Positions 1-10,031 of a stretch of DNA of 64,000 bases are shown here, in pieces. Position numbers and translations under genes: made by a program. The notes beneath the pieces are model-generated. The model was given only the letters and a program-made list of their open reading frames with translations, was not told where the DNA came from and did no database searches. Source of the stretch: Thermoanaerobaculia bacterium (GTDB lineage: Bacteria > Acidobacteriota > Thermoanaerobaculia > Multivoradales > Multivoraceae); the NCBI GenBank assembly GCA_963664405.1, contig OY761158.1:2720001-2784000 (forward strand), given 5' to 3'. The number at the start of each line of letters is the position of its first letter. The first letter of the stretch is position 1.

Positions 1-144
1 CACCCGGACCGCCGTTCCGGCGGGATGATGCCGCCCTTCCTGAAGAAGGCCTAGCTTTCCCGCGGTCGCGAAGCCCTCAGCTCACTCCATCCCGGAAACT
101 GCGCTCGCAGCCAACGGGATGCGCTTTCTCGCAGCCATCAACAC

Positions 145-613
145 CCTGATCTCCTTGCCCAGGTTGAGGTTCCAATCCGGCGTTTCACGGCAGACGGGGC
201 CTATGACCACAGGTCGATCTACGATCGGGTCACGGCGGCCGGTACAGAGGACCTCATGATCGTGATCCCGCCTCGTCGCTCGGCGGTGTGCGCGGGGCCC
301 ACGGACGGCCCGTGGGCGCAGCGAGAAGCGGCTCTTCAGAGGATTCGTGAGGTCGGACGACGACTGTGGCAGAAGGAGTCGGGTTACCGACGGCAGGCTC
401 GCGTTGAGAACGGGTTCTTCCGATACAAGTCACTGCTCGGAGGCGACCTGAAGGCAAGGAACAGCAAGGCGCAGACGAGAGAGGCCATGATCGGGTGTCA
501 CATCCTTAACCGGATGGCAGGGCTCGGCAGGCCAGAGTCCTACGCTGTGTCGTGACGGAATGGCTGGAAAAAGCGGCCCAGGCTCGCTCTGGGTCGAATC
601 GTGCAACAACGCC
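145..613 (+). mobile_element. IS5 family (IS903-like) remnant: 3' part of transposase plus terminal inverted repeat
   Basis: Frame from 145 reads PDLLAQVEVPIRRFTADGAYD...WQKESGYRRQARVENGFFRYK...LNRMAGLGRP (DDE 'ADGAYD' and 'Y.R..RVE' motifs), stop at 555. 596-613 (revcomp GGCGTTGTTGCACGATTC) resembles the IS903-type IR GGCTTTGTTG. N-terminus absent. Confidence 0.85.
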
Positions 614-734
614 CAATCACATAGCAATCGCCAGAACGCAAACCGCAACAAACTCCAGCAAACCGAAACAAGAGAAACTCCCTAGTTTTTGGTCAGAATC
701 AAACCACTAACAAACTCCAGGAAAGTTCCATACC

Positions 735-760
735 ATGAATGGCATTCAAGAGGTCGCCGG
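735..760 (+). other. tRNA-Ala(GGC) anticodon-arm fragment (att-like remnant)
   Basis: TGAATGGCATTCAAGAGGTC matches the anticodon stem-loop and variable region of bacterial tRNA-Ala(GGC). No D-arm or acceptor stem. Confidence 0.6.
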
Positions 761-974
761 GCGCTGCAGGCAACGATTCGAAGGACCTCATTCTGCGCCT
801 CCTCGTTGAAAGCGGGGGCTCCCATCGTACCAAGGAGCATGTCGAGCTTCTCTTGAACCGTGGGGTGCGCCAAGGACAGGGACGACGCGAACCTTGCGCA
901 ACGGCGCACACCCCAGGCGTATCCGCGCGTAAGTGCCCGTGCGGCGACCGGCCCGCCCGAGGTAGGCTCCACTC

Positions 975-2375
975 ATGACAAGCGCTCATCTCGAAGAGCA
1001 GCACTGCACGAGAGCCGGCGCCAATGCGCGTCGTGCTCCGGTACTCGTCCTCGGCCTTCACATCATCGTTGGCGCACTTTCGGCTATCGTAGCTCAGCAG
1101 CAGGGCGCGACGACGACGCCCGAGTTCTCCTGGGTTAACCCCGGATGCGAGGGGACCACCTTCCCCGAGGGTGTCCTCGAGGTCTTGGCCGTCGACGAGC
1201 CGGTCGAAGCCACTCTCCCCCCCGGTCTTCGTCACGCGACATTCGAGAGTCCGTCGATGAAACGGACAGTGGGCTACTGCATCTATCTGCCACCGGGCTA
1301 CGACGACCCCGCGAACAAAGAGCGACGCTATCCGGCTGTCTACCATCTGCACGGCGGTCGGCCAGGCAACGAGAGCAGGAGCGCCACACTCTCAGACCCT
1401 GTTGATGAAGCGATTCGGGCCGGCCAAGCCGCGCCGGCGATCTACGTCTTCCCGAACGGCGGCCACGTCAGCCACTACGACTCGAAGCAGCACGCCAGCA
1501 TGGGGGAGTCAGTCTTCCTGCGCGAGCTCATTCCTCACATCGAAGCGAGCTATCGAACCCTTCCAGGCCCAGGCGGACGCGCACTCCAAGGCTTCTCTCA
1601 AGGCGGCCGTGGCACCGCCCGCATCCTCTTTCGCCACCCAGAGCACTTTTGCTCCGCCGCACCCGGTGGCGCCGGCTACGCAACGGAGAAGCAGATCTCT
1701 GAGGCCGACGGTATCGAGGACACGCCCACCGCCAGGAACAACTACGGCGCACCACTCGAAATGGGTGCCGGCAACAACACCTACGACCTCGCTCGCGAGG
1801 CCGTCGCTCGGGGGGCAGCACTACCACCGATTCTCATCTGGGTTGGCACCCGCGGTTTCAACTATGAAAACAACCTCGCCTACATGCGCTTCCTCGAAGA
1901 GCTCGAGGTTCCCTTCGACCGGCTCGTGGTGCCGAACGCGGGTCATCATCCCGGCGTCATCTACAAGACGCATGCCCTTGACCTCATGACCTTTCACGAG
2001 CGGGCGTGCGGCTGGGAGGGCGGGCCCAACCGGCCTGAGCGCTTCGCCTCCGGTGCAACGGTCGAGCACAATCTCGTTCAGCACAAGGCTCTCGCCGCAC
2101 TCGGCGAGCGCATCTGGTGGCGCGCGACCGGCCGCGACATGGAGGCGTGTTCGGCGATGAGGCTACAACCACTCAAGAGAATCGAGCCGCATTCGCAATC
2201 CCAGAGCCCGCTCATGAAGACAATCTGGCCAGCCCCGACGCTCCTGCCCGCAGCGCTCGTCAGCCTACTCTCTGGCGAGGCTGCTACCGTACAAGAGCGC
2301 CTGCCTAGCCCCGCCGGCCTCCGGCCGGCAGGGATGCCACCCGAGGAGTTACATCCGGGCGCCACCAAGTCCTGA
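975..2375 (+). CDS. Alpha/beta-hydrolase, putative esterase (enterochelin/feruloyl esterase-like)
   Basis: 'YLPPGYD...RYPAVYHLHGG', nucleophile elbow GFSQGG, 'PNAGH' catalytic His. Sequence after ~2030 looks like read-through into unrelated debris. Confidence 0.8.
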   Translation: MTSAHLEEQHCTRAGANARRAPVLVLGLHIIVGALSAIVAQQQGATTTPEFSWVNPGCEGTTFPEGVLEVLAVDEPVEATLPPGLRHATFESPSMKRTVGYCIYLPPGYDDPANKERRYPAVYHLHGGRPGNESRSATLSDPVDEAIRAGQAAPAIYVFPNGGHVSHYDSKQHASMGESVFLRELIPHIEASYRTLPGPGGRALQGFSQGGRGTARILFRHPEHFCSAAPGGAGYATEKQISEADGIEDTPTARNNYGAPLEMGAGNNTYDLAREAVARGAALPPILIWVGTRGFNYENNLAYMRFLEELEVPFDRLVVPNAGHHPGVIYKTHALDLMTFHERACGWEGGPNRPERFASGATVEHNLVQHKALAALGERIWWRATGRDMEACSAMRLQPLKRIEPHSQSQSPLMKTIWPAPTLLPAALVSLLSGEAATVQERLPSPAGLRPAGMPPEELHPGATKS

Positions 2376-2458
2376 GACATTCGGTTGGCACCTAGCAGCA
2401 GCCGAAGGCTGCCGGGGGGGATCGTCCCGCCGGAAACAGCGGCGGCCCGGGAGCACCT

Positions 2459-2532
2459 AGGTGCAGGGCTATTCGGCAAACGCCAACCACTCAGTCGCCG
2501 TCGAGCTTCCGTTGCCGAATAGCCCTGCACCT
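2459..2532. repeat. 21-bp perfect inverted repeat (REP/MITE-like hairpin)
   Basis: AGGTGCAGGGCTATTCGGCAA (2459-2479) pairs with TTGCCGAATAGCCCTGCACCT (2512-2532). Confidence 0.9.
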
Positions 2533-2670
2533 CGCGACCTTAGCGGCGTTCGCTCGTCTGGAACCAGAAACGTCTTCTTCTCCGTCGCAGCCGGCTTCTG
2601 CAACGCTTCGCATGTTGGTCTGAACGCAGCCGTTTCCGCCGGTCAACCACGATCCCGCCATCGTGGAGTG

Positions 2671-2875
2671 TCCCAATGGCGACCTGCCCCCATCATGATG
2701 GCCTCCGATGCCGCGGATGAGACAGCCGGGGGCCGCACAGCTCTGTGGATCAGTGGGGACGAGGGGTTGACATGGGCCGATACGGGCGACACCATCGCCG
2801 GCATCCATGCTGGAGCAGTTCAGCTCGAGGATGGACGCCTGATGGCTCTTGGGCGCGGCGACAACGATGACGGCC
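2671..2875 (+). pseudogene. BNR/Asp-box (sialidase-like) gene fragment
   Basis: 'TALWISGDEGLTWAD' Asp-box and 'AVQLEDGRLMALGRG' in a short isolated fragment. Confidence 0.55.
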
Positions 2876-2969
2876 AGGGGAGACACCTGGTCGGTGGCGC
2901 CTGGACAGATCGTTTTCTGATGAGCTACAAGAGTGCCGTGGCTGAAGACTCCGCCAGCCGAGAAACGCC

Positions 2970-3824
2970 GTGAAGCTGCTTGCCGGTGAGATGGCCTCGA
3001 TCCTGGCTTCCCGTGGCCGGAAGCCGAGGCTGGGAGTACTGGTTCGCTTCCTCGTCGCCCTGGCGGTGATGGTCACGGCCTACGCCGTGATCTTCAAGCT
3101 GTTGATGGCTCGCGAGGGCCAGGATCAAACCTGGATCACCTCCTTCTATTGGGTCCTCACCGTCATGTCGACGCTCGGCTTCGGAGACCTCGTCTTCCAC
3201 ACGGACGCCGGGCGTTTGTTCTCGATCGCCGTGCTCCTTAGCGGCATGCTTTCTCTGCTCGTGCTCCTGCCCTTCATCTTTATCGAGTTCTTCTACCAGC
3301 CCTGGATGGAGGCGCAAACCGCTGCGAGCACTCCCCGTTCTCTCAAGCCGGGTACGCGCGGACACGTCATCATCACCCATCTCGACGCGGTTACTGCCGA
3401 CTTCATCCGCCGGCTGGAGCGCTACAAGCAGAGCTACGTTCTGATCGCTCCCGACTCGGAGGAAGGGCTGCGACTGCTCGACCATGGTTATCGAGTCGTG
3501 GTCGGCGCCCTCGACGATCCTGAGACCTATCGCGCGATCCGAGCGCCCGACGCCGCCCTGATCGCGGCCACCGGTTCCGATCCTACCAACACCCTGATCG
3601 CCTCGACCGTGCGCGAGGTCTCCGAGGAGGTTCGCCTCATCGCGACCGCCGACGACCATGCGTCGATCGACGTCCTCGCGCTCGCCGGTTGTCAGCAAGT
3701 GCTGCATCTCACGAGCATGATGGGCTCTGCCCTCGCCCGGCGGGTAACAGGTGGCGATCACCGTTCGCATGTGATCGACACCCTCGACCGGCTCCAGATT
3801 GCCGAGGCCGCGCCTGTGAGCTGA
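2970..3824 (+). pseudogene. Potassium channel family protein (2TM pore + RCK/TrkA-N), C-terminally truncated
   Basis: Selectivity filter 'TMSTLGFGD', two TM helices and an NAD-binding RCK domain. Stops abruptly at the start of the TrkA-C region. Confidence 0.8.
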
Positions 3825-3866
3825 CTCGCCGCCTCCGCCGGCCTGGCGGAGCCGAGTCCGAGCTCA

Positions 3867-3905
3867 CATTCAAGATGTCGAGGGTTCGATTCCCTTCCTC
3901 GGTGC
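3867..3905 (+). other. tRNA 3'-half-like fragment (T-arm), possible att remnant
   Basis: GAGGG-TTCGATT-CCCTT T-stem/loop preceded by CATTCAAGATGTCG (13/14 identical to 743-756). Confidence 0.5.
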
Positions 3906-4044
3906 TTCTGCGCCAACGCGGTTTCTCCCGAGTAGAGATGGCGACAGCGTCCGTCTGCTGGCTAAGCCGCCGGGAGGCCGCCAGGCTTGCGCATGGACAA
4001 GGATGGCAAGGAACAGGGGCTGAGAGTCGTGTAGGGTCTCTCCT

Positions 4045-4563
4045 ATGAAACAGCGAGAGTTCCTGCAGGCTGTACAGAGCCATATTGCGCGAAGCGCGGT
4101 AAGCGCGTCGACGATGCGCGGTCGTGGCCATGCCGGAGCAGCAGCTGCTGCACGAGAGTTTCTGCGCCATGCCAGGCTATCCTCCTTCGGCGGGAAACCG
4201 CCGAAATTCAGTCGCTCACTCGACCGAGAGACGGATGCGCTACTAGCCGCGCTACCACGGGGCGCTCGTCAGTGGGGTCTCGCTAGGAAGGTCCTCAATA
4301 TCTTCCTTCGGGACTGCATGTACACGACATACTTGGAGGCTGCCTATGGTTTAGGCGCGAGAGAAGAGGTGTTCGAGATTCCCCTCGATTCGGTTACTGG
4401 CGAACATCTGAACCGCCTAGCAGGGCGAGGTGAACTACCGCGTTGGCCCGGCGTCAAGAACCTGACTCCCCAGATCAGTGCTCAGTTTCAGGTCGTCGCA
4501 GCTGCAGAGGCCGCCAAAAGGGGTGTCGCACGTGTTCATTTAGATGCGCTGTGGTGGGCGTGA
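4045..4563 (+). CDS. Hypothetical protein, AGOG/HhH-GPD-like DNA glycosylase candidate
   Basis: ATG start. Motifs 'WGLARKVLNIFLR', 'EIPLDS' and C-terminal 'HLDALWW' parallel the AGOG catalytic Lys, Asp and HLD.LLW segments. Confidence 0.5.
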   Translation: MKQREFLQAVQSHIARSAVSASTMRGRGHAGAAAAAREFLRHARLSSFGGKPPKFSRSLDRETDALLAALPRGARQWGLARKVLNIFLRDCMYTTYLEAAYGLGAREEVFEIPLDSVTGEHLNRLAGRGELPRWPGVKNLTPQISAQFQVVAAAEAAKRGVARVHLDALWWA

Positions 4564-4867
4564 ACCTGAGGCGAGCGCTTCTTCGGGTGCCGTCAATTTG
4601 GAGAGCCAGCTTCAAGAGTCACGTTGAGCGGACGAACCTCACGCCTTCATGGGTTGAAGAGACGGGACGAGGATCGGCGGGAGGCGCTGAGACAGTCTGG
4701 CCCGGCAATGGTCTGGTGACCTAGCATATGCAGCGCCTCGGCTTCGTGCCGACCCTAGCCAGCACCGCCAGAGAGCCTGTTCGCGCCTCGACGGTCTGCT
4801 GCTCCTTCAGTACCAATTCGTGTTCAGCCGCCTCGACTGTGATCGTCGAGGGTCAGGACGACCTGCA

Positions 4868-5644
4868 ATGCGGCTGACGCCCCATAACCACGACAAAGCC
4901 AAGCGCTGGGCGGAACTCTATGCTCGGAAGTGTCTGGGCTACTACCTGCGCGCAGTCTGTGGTCGCGACTTCCGTATGAGGAGAGGTTCAGATCCTCCTG
5001 ATTGGGAGCTGACTCTAGGCGGATACTCCTATCCGGTCGAGGTCACCCGCATCGTGAGCCGGGCTCGTTTTGCTGGCAGAGAAGTCCCGTCGCTCATGGT
5101 CGAGAGTGAACTCTTCGCCCTAGCCGGCGAAGTGGGCCGCGGTGTTCTGAGGATCGGGCCGGATCTTGGCACCCACATCATGACCATCGACAACCTGAGC
5201 CTTGATGCCAAGCAACGGAAGTCAGTAGTCCAGGACGCGATCGAGTATGTACTACGAACCAAGCATACCGAGGACGCGGCTGAGAAGCGTCTAATCGGGA
5301 ACGCCGAGGGTGAGATTGCCATCAGGAAGGTCCGCTCTGGACAAACGTACGTTGGTCCTATGGTCTCACTCTGGCCCGGTGGGACGGGAGTCAGCGGGGA
5401 AGAACTCAGGACTGTACTTCGCAAAGAGCTGACGGCGAAGAGCGTGACGATGCACTCCTTACCTCGACCCCAGATCCTTCTCTTGGTCGACAATGTCGGG
5501 TGGGGCCACGACCAAAGATGGGCAGATTACGTCCCTGGTGATCAGCTTTCCAATTTCGATGCCATCATCCGGGCGCACGGAATGTACACCTGTGAGGTCA
5601 TTCACTCGAACAACCGACTGGAGTGGCTGCGCAACGGAAGGTGA
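4868..5644 (+). CDS. Hypothetical protein, PD-(D/E)xK-like nuclease fold
   Basis: 'DPPDWELTLGGYSYPVEVTR' (PD...VEVT variant) and 'K...K....ILLLVD' tail typical of REase-like orphans. ATG at 4868 chosen. Confidence 0.5.
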   Translation: MRLTPHNHDKAKRWAELYARKCLGYYLRAVCGRDFRMRRGSDPPDWELTLGGYSYPVEVTRIVSRARFAGREVPSLMVESELFALAGEVGRGVLRIGPDLGTHIMTIDNLSLDAKQRKSVVQDAIEYVLRTKHTEDAAEKRLIGNAEGEIAIRKVRSGQTYVGPMVSLWPGGTGVSGEELRTVLRKELTAKSVTMHSLPRPQILLLVDNVGWGHDQRWADYVPGDQLSNFDAIIRAHGMYTCEVIHSNNRLEWLRNGR

Positions 5645-6019
5645 GCTGCCAGATGGGCGAAGGTTCGGGTGATCGCGAAGCGTATCCCCGTCCTGTCGAA
5701 GGTGCATGTAATCGAAGCGCGTGAGGCTCGCGACTGCCCCAACGACAGGGAGATGCTGGCAGAGCTTCGCCGCCAGCAAGGAGAATAAGGTTGAAGTCAC
5801 CTTTCTTGCTCACCTCCTGCTCACCAACTCAGCCAAACTGCCCGGGATTCAAGAGGTCGAGGGTTGCCCCAACATAGAGCAGCGACCACCGGGCTCCCTG
5901 AGTGCGAAAGCGCCGCTCGAGTCCTACCTACCGCCTACCCTGGCCCGGAGTAGCGATCTAAGCCTCACCTATGGAGCAAGAGATAAGTCGAATGATAAGA
6001 ACGGTTTAGAGACTGGTAT

Positions 6020-6069
6020 CCCCAAGTACGCTTATTTTGAACACCCCAAGTATGCTTATTTTGAACACC
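6020..6069. repeat. 24-bp tandem direct repeat x2
   Basis: CCCCAAGTACGCTTATTTTGAACA (6020-6043) and CCCCAAGTATGCTTATTTTGAACA (6044-6067), one mismatch. Confidence 0.9.
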
Positions 6070-6612
6070 TGTGTGGGGTGGCTGACTCGGCTTGGCAAGT
6101 TGCGACGGCTGCTGCAGCTCACGTGAGCCTCTCCAGAAACCGAGGCGAAGATCGGGGATCTTCCGGGATCTTCTGGTCGGAGAGGCCTCCCGCCTAACTC
6201 GCGTCGGCTGCCTTTCTGCACCCCACGAGGCCTGCAACTCACACACGATACGCGAGTTAGCGTTCGGCCCATTTATTGCACCCTACGCGATCGAGAAGCA
6301 GAGCCTCACCCAAGCCATCCTGGCTGTCGAGCGCGGTCGCGATGGCGTCGTGAGCCGCCCTCTGCAGACGCTTGGTGTCTTTCGGCCGCACGGCGCTGAC
6401 GCCACCCTCCCCCAGACACAGCCCATCGTTCTCCGCGGCGATGGCTCTGGCGGTACGATTCGCCGCCAGCACCTCTCCAGTGCGCCCCAGTAAGACGACT
6501 CCGAGCTCGAGCCGATCCAAGGCCTCCACGACGACGCACCTCCTGTTGTCGGCAACGGCCACCAGCTCACGCAGCTTGAGAGCACGTCGCAGATGAGGGA
6601 TCAGGTCTCTTA

Positions 6613-8617
6613 GGGTCGGCGCGGAAATAACTTCACATTATCGCCGGAGCGTGTGAGGCCGAGGCGCCACAGGGCGGTCGCTGCATTGGAGGTGGTGGTG
6701 AGCTGAGCCCAGGCTGTGGGGCAAGCTCTTCCTGCTCGGTTCGCGGTCTCGGCGAGAGGGTGTAGTTCCACTTTCCTAGGAAGTCGCTCCTGGCCACCGC
6801 GAGCTGCAGCATTTCCTTGTCCGATACCCTGACTCCTTTCTGGTATTGGCGTTGATCACGGCACGGCTCGACGCGCAGTCCGGTGGATGTCGTCGTGTTG
6901 CGGACGAGGTTGACGAGGATCTCGAAACTCTCGAGAGGAACTCCGGCCCAGTTCTTGCTGATCTCGCTGAACATCCTGTGCTCGATGGGATTCCATTTAC
7001 TGGTGCCAGTTGGATAGTGGGCGACGGTGATGATGAGGCCGCACTTGTCTACGAGCTTCTCCTGGAGGTACTTCTTCCAGGCTCGAAGCCGTGCGCCGTT
7101 GCTTGCGCCGCTGTCGGCAAGAATGAGGAGACGCTGAGACGCCGGATAGTGAGATCGACCGTATTTGAGCCACCAGGTCGCGATGCTGTTGACAGCGAAC
7201 TCCGGCGTGTCCGACGACTGTCCGAGGACGAGAACGCCGAAGTTCCTCTGAAGATCGTAGATCCCATAGGGGGAGGCGATGGCGAGAGCTTCGGACCGGA
7301 AGTCGTGATCCTTGACCCGCTTGGCCTCGCGGCACCATGTCTGTCCCTGGTTCTTGAACCGACCGATCAGCTCCTTCTTCTTCGTATCGACGCTGATGAT
7401 CGGGTCGCCAGCGCTTGTGAAATCCTCGCGCAGTCGCTTGATGGCCTTGAACTGTGCATCACGATCTGGGGAGTTCCCCGAAGACAGACATTTCCTATTG
7501 CTCTTGAGGGAATAGTTCAGGTCTGCGAGCAATCGACGCACCACCGTAGCCGATACGATGATGTCAAGGCGTTCGGCAAGGCATTGGGCCACCTTTGCAG
7601 CGGTCTCGTGCGTCCATCTTTTTGATGACATGGGATCACCAGCTATATCGGCCTCGAGTATGGAATGGATTCCATCGACTATCTCGGGCGTTTTTTTTCC
7701 ACTCGTTGGTTGCCACCGCCTGCTCTTCGAACTCTTCCGCGCTCCACGGAGCCGCCGAAGAGCTCGCGACGTCCTTTTGCGACTGTATGAGGGTCCAGGT
7801 CCAGAAGATCGGCGATCTTCCGGTCGCCGCCATGCCCGAGCTTGGTCGCTTCCAGGCCAGCGAAGAGCCGCCGCTGGCGTTCGTCTAGCAGGCTGAAGAA
7901 TAAAACGATGGCAGCCCTGAGCTCCTCGGGGAGCACTTCTGGAACGAGGCTGGCAGCTACATCCTGGAGAGCCTGCCGTTCGTTGCGCATCAGCTTCTGC
8001 TGACGACGGCGCCCTGTTTCCGAGCACAAGTATACGAACCTCTTCCCAACTCTGGATCGTACGATTCTCTTGCGACGAACGAGGTGCAACATCGCGTGCT
8101 TGACCTCGACCTGCAGCAGGAGCTCGAGTTCAGAAGCCGTATAGCCGGCAGCGGACCGGTCCACGGCAGCCACCGCAGTTTCGAGGAGGCTGCCATGCCG
8201 ACTGAACCTCGCCGAACCGCACGACCACAAACCCAGATCGTCGAAATCGGGAATCTCGTTCAAGGTATAGAACCGCCCTCGATCCGAGTAGCTGGCCAAA
8301 TAGCCCAATCGAGACAGCGAACGGTAGACCGTCATGGTGGCTCGGGTTCCCATGGCGTCCTTGAGCTCATCCATGGTGGCCATCTGTTCGCTCATCAAGA
8401 GCTCGCGCACTGTTGCATCACGATCTTCGGCTCGTACCATTTGGTATAGTTCCCCTTCCAAAAGAGGTGACAGGGAAAACTATACCAAATGCGGGCAGGG
8501 CTATGCTAGCTCTAAACCTTGCAAACAAGGCGCGTACCGGAGGATTATGCGGTGGCTGAAGAAGGGGGCAGTGGTATGGTCACCCCAGATACTGGAAACT
8601 TATTTCCGCGCCGACCC
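6613..8617 (-). mobile_element. Complete ISAzo13-family insertion sequence (2005 bp)
   Basis: 18-bp perfect IRs GGGTCGGCGCGGAAATAA (6613-6630; 8600-8617) and 3-bp TTA target duplication (6610-6612; 8618-8620). Confidence 0.95.
6633..8461 (-). CDS. ISAzo13 (Rhodopirellula-type DDE) transposase, two ORFs joined by a probable -1 frameshift
   Basis: ORF 7679-8461 (LDERQRRLFAG..GHGG, GGG..RVEKK) overlaps ORF 6633-8027 (PIISVDTKKKELIG, ADSGASN, TSKWNPIEHRMF) across an A8 run at 7691-7698. Confidence 0.9.
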
Positions 8618-9223
8618 TTAGTAGCTGCTCTTCGTCGCGGCCAAGACTCTCTTGGCGATGAGCGCTGCAGTAGAAGGAGAACACGTAGAAAGCATCGGCG
8701 CTGTCGAGGACAACCGCACCCATCACATGATCGATCCCGAGGCGAGTGACGTACTCCTCGTAGAACTCGGTGCCGGCCCAGGGGATCTGTGGCATCCGCT
8801 CCGTGGATAGAACCGTGCCAGGGGGATGTTTCGCGGCTTCGTGGGCAAACGGATCCAAGCAGCCGAAGCGCGCCGAGTAGAGCTCGCCGCCGGAATCAGG
8901 GAAGGAGCTCGTCGAGTGGAGACTGCTCGCGCCTCGAGATTTGTCGACCTCGAGCAGGGCGGGATACACCCCGTCGAGCAACTCCTCGACCCGATCCAGA
9001 AAGCCCGTCCAGCTCCCTTCGAATGGACATTCGTAGAGCCGCCCGAGAAGACCGGCCTCCTGTTCCGACCACTGATCGCTCGCGCTCATTCGGCAATGCA
9101 CCTTTCGCTCCCGACAGCCTCAGGGGGCGTTTTGAGCATGTCCGGAACGACGCCTGGACCCTAGATCCATCCTGGGCCATTCGCATGGCCACTCCGACTC
9201 AATCGGAACCGGTCGAAGCGGAG

Positions 9224-9940
9224 CTAGGCGAGAGAGCGAACGAGTTCGATCAAGGCCGGCTGTGAGCTCACGTCGAGTTTGGAGAAGACGTTCTTGAGAT
9301 GGTTTCTAACCGTGCTCGGGCTGATGAAGAGCTTCTCTGCGATGGTCGGGACTCGGTGACCCGCCGCCAGATGCGCGACGACCTCCTTCTCACGTGGAGT
9401 GAGAGACTCGAGCCTCGGATGCCCGAAGGGCACCGGCTTCCCCGTCGGCATCTGGGCCGCCAGGCCGAGGGCTTCGAGCTCGAGGGCGATGCGCTGGAGA
9501 TGCGAGCCCAGATCGTACTCCCCGCCTCCCAAACGCTTGGCCGTTTGCACCGTACCGAGCTCGATCAACAGACCGAAGCCACCGATCACGTCCCCCTTGG
9601 AGTCGAAGATGCGATGCGGAAGCGATATCGCCGGAAAGGTCGTCCCGTCTTTACGCCGAAGGGCGAGTAAGCGCGCCCGAATGTCGCCGGCTTGAGCCGA
9701 TCGGCGCTCCTCTCTGAGAATCACTCGCAGCTCGGACGGCACGAGTTCTTCAGACAGCTGGCCGAGTACCTCTTCTTCCCGGTAGCCGAGCCAGTTCAGA
9801 AGCGTCTGATTGACAGCAATGACCAGGCCCTCAAGGGTGGTAGCGACCAGCCCACAGTTCAGATCATCCAACGAGCCGAGTAGGCGCAGGGCCGGAGCGA
9901 GAGAGCTTTCCGTCGACCCGATCTCGGTGCGCTTGGCCAT
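9224..9940 (-). CDS. PAS domain + LuxR-type HTH transcriptional regulator
   Basis: PAS region (WLGYREEEVLG, RRKDGTTFP) and LuxR HTH 'LTPREKEV...IAEKLFISPSTVRNHLKNVFSKLDV'. Confidence 0.92.
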   Translation of the reverse strand: MAKRTEIGSTESSLAPALRLLGSLDDLNCGLVATTLEGLVIAVNQTLLNWLGYREEEVLGQLSEELVPSELRVILREERRSAQAGDIRARLLALRRKDGTTFPAISLPHRIFDSKGDVIGGFGLLIELGTVQTAKRLGGGEYDLGSHLQRIALELEALGLAAQMPTGKPVPFGHPRLESLTPREKEVVAHLAAGHRVPTIAEKLFISPSTVRNHLKNVFSKLDVSSQPALIELVRSLA

Positions 9941-10031
9941 AGAGCGACCAGCAGTCTAGCGCGAGACGCCCCTCATCGTGGCGGGTCAATCGCTCACCCA
10001 ATCCGCGACCGCGTCCTCAAGGCCGCCTGGC

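Larger units (their letters stand above)
6257..9089 (-). pseudogene. GAF/PAS sensory transcription regulator (LuxR-type architecture) interrupted by ISAzo13; HTH lost
   Basis: Removing 6613-8617 and one TTA restores the frame ...DEEQLLRDLIPHLRRALKLRELVAVAD...ALDRLELGVVLLGRTGEVLAANRTA, typical of GAF-PAS-LuxR proteins. Ends at 6257 without an HTH. Confidence 0.8.

Noticed and set aside
735-760. Complete tRNA gene
   Set aside because: Only the anticodon arm is present; no full cloverleaf was found here or at 3867-3905.
4045-5644. Integron cassettes
   Set aside because: No attC-like sites or intI gene were seen around these ORFs.
6020-6069. Possible CRISPR array
   Set aside because: Two abutting units with no spacer and no cas genes.
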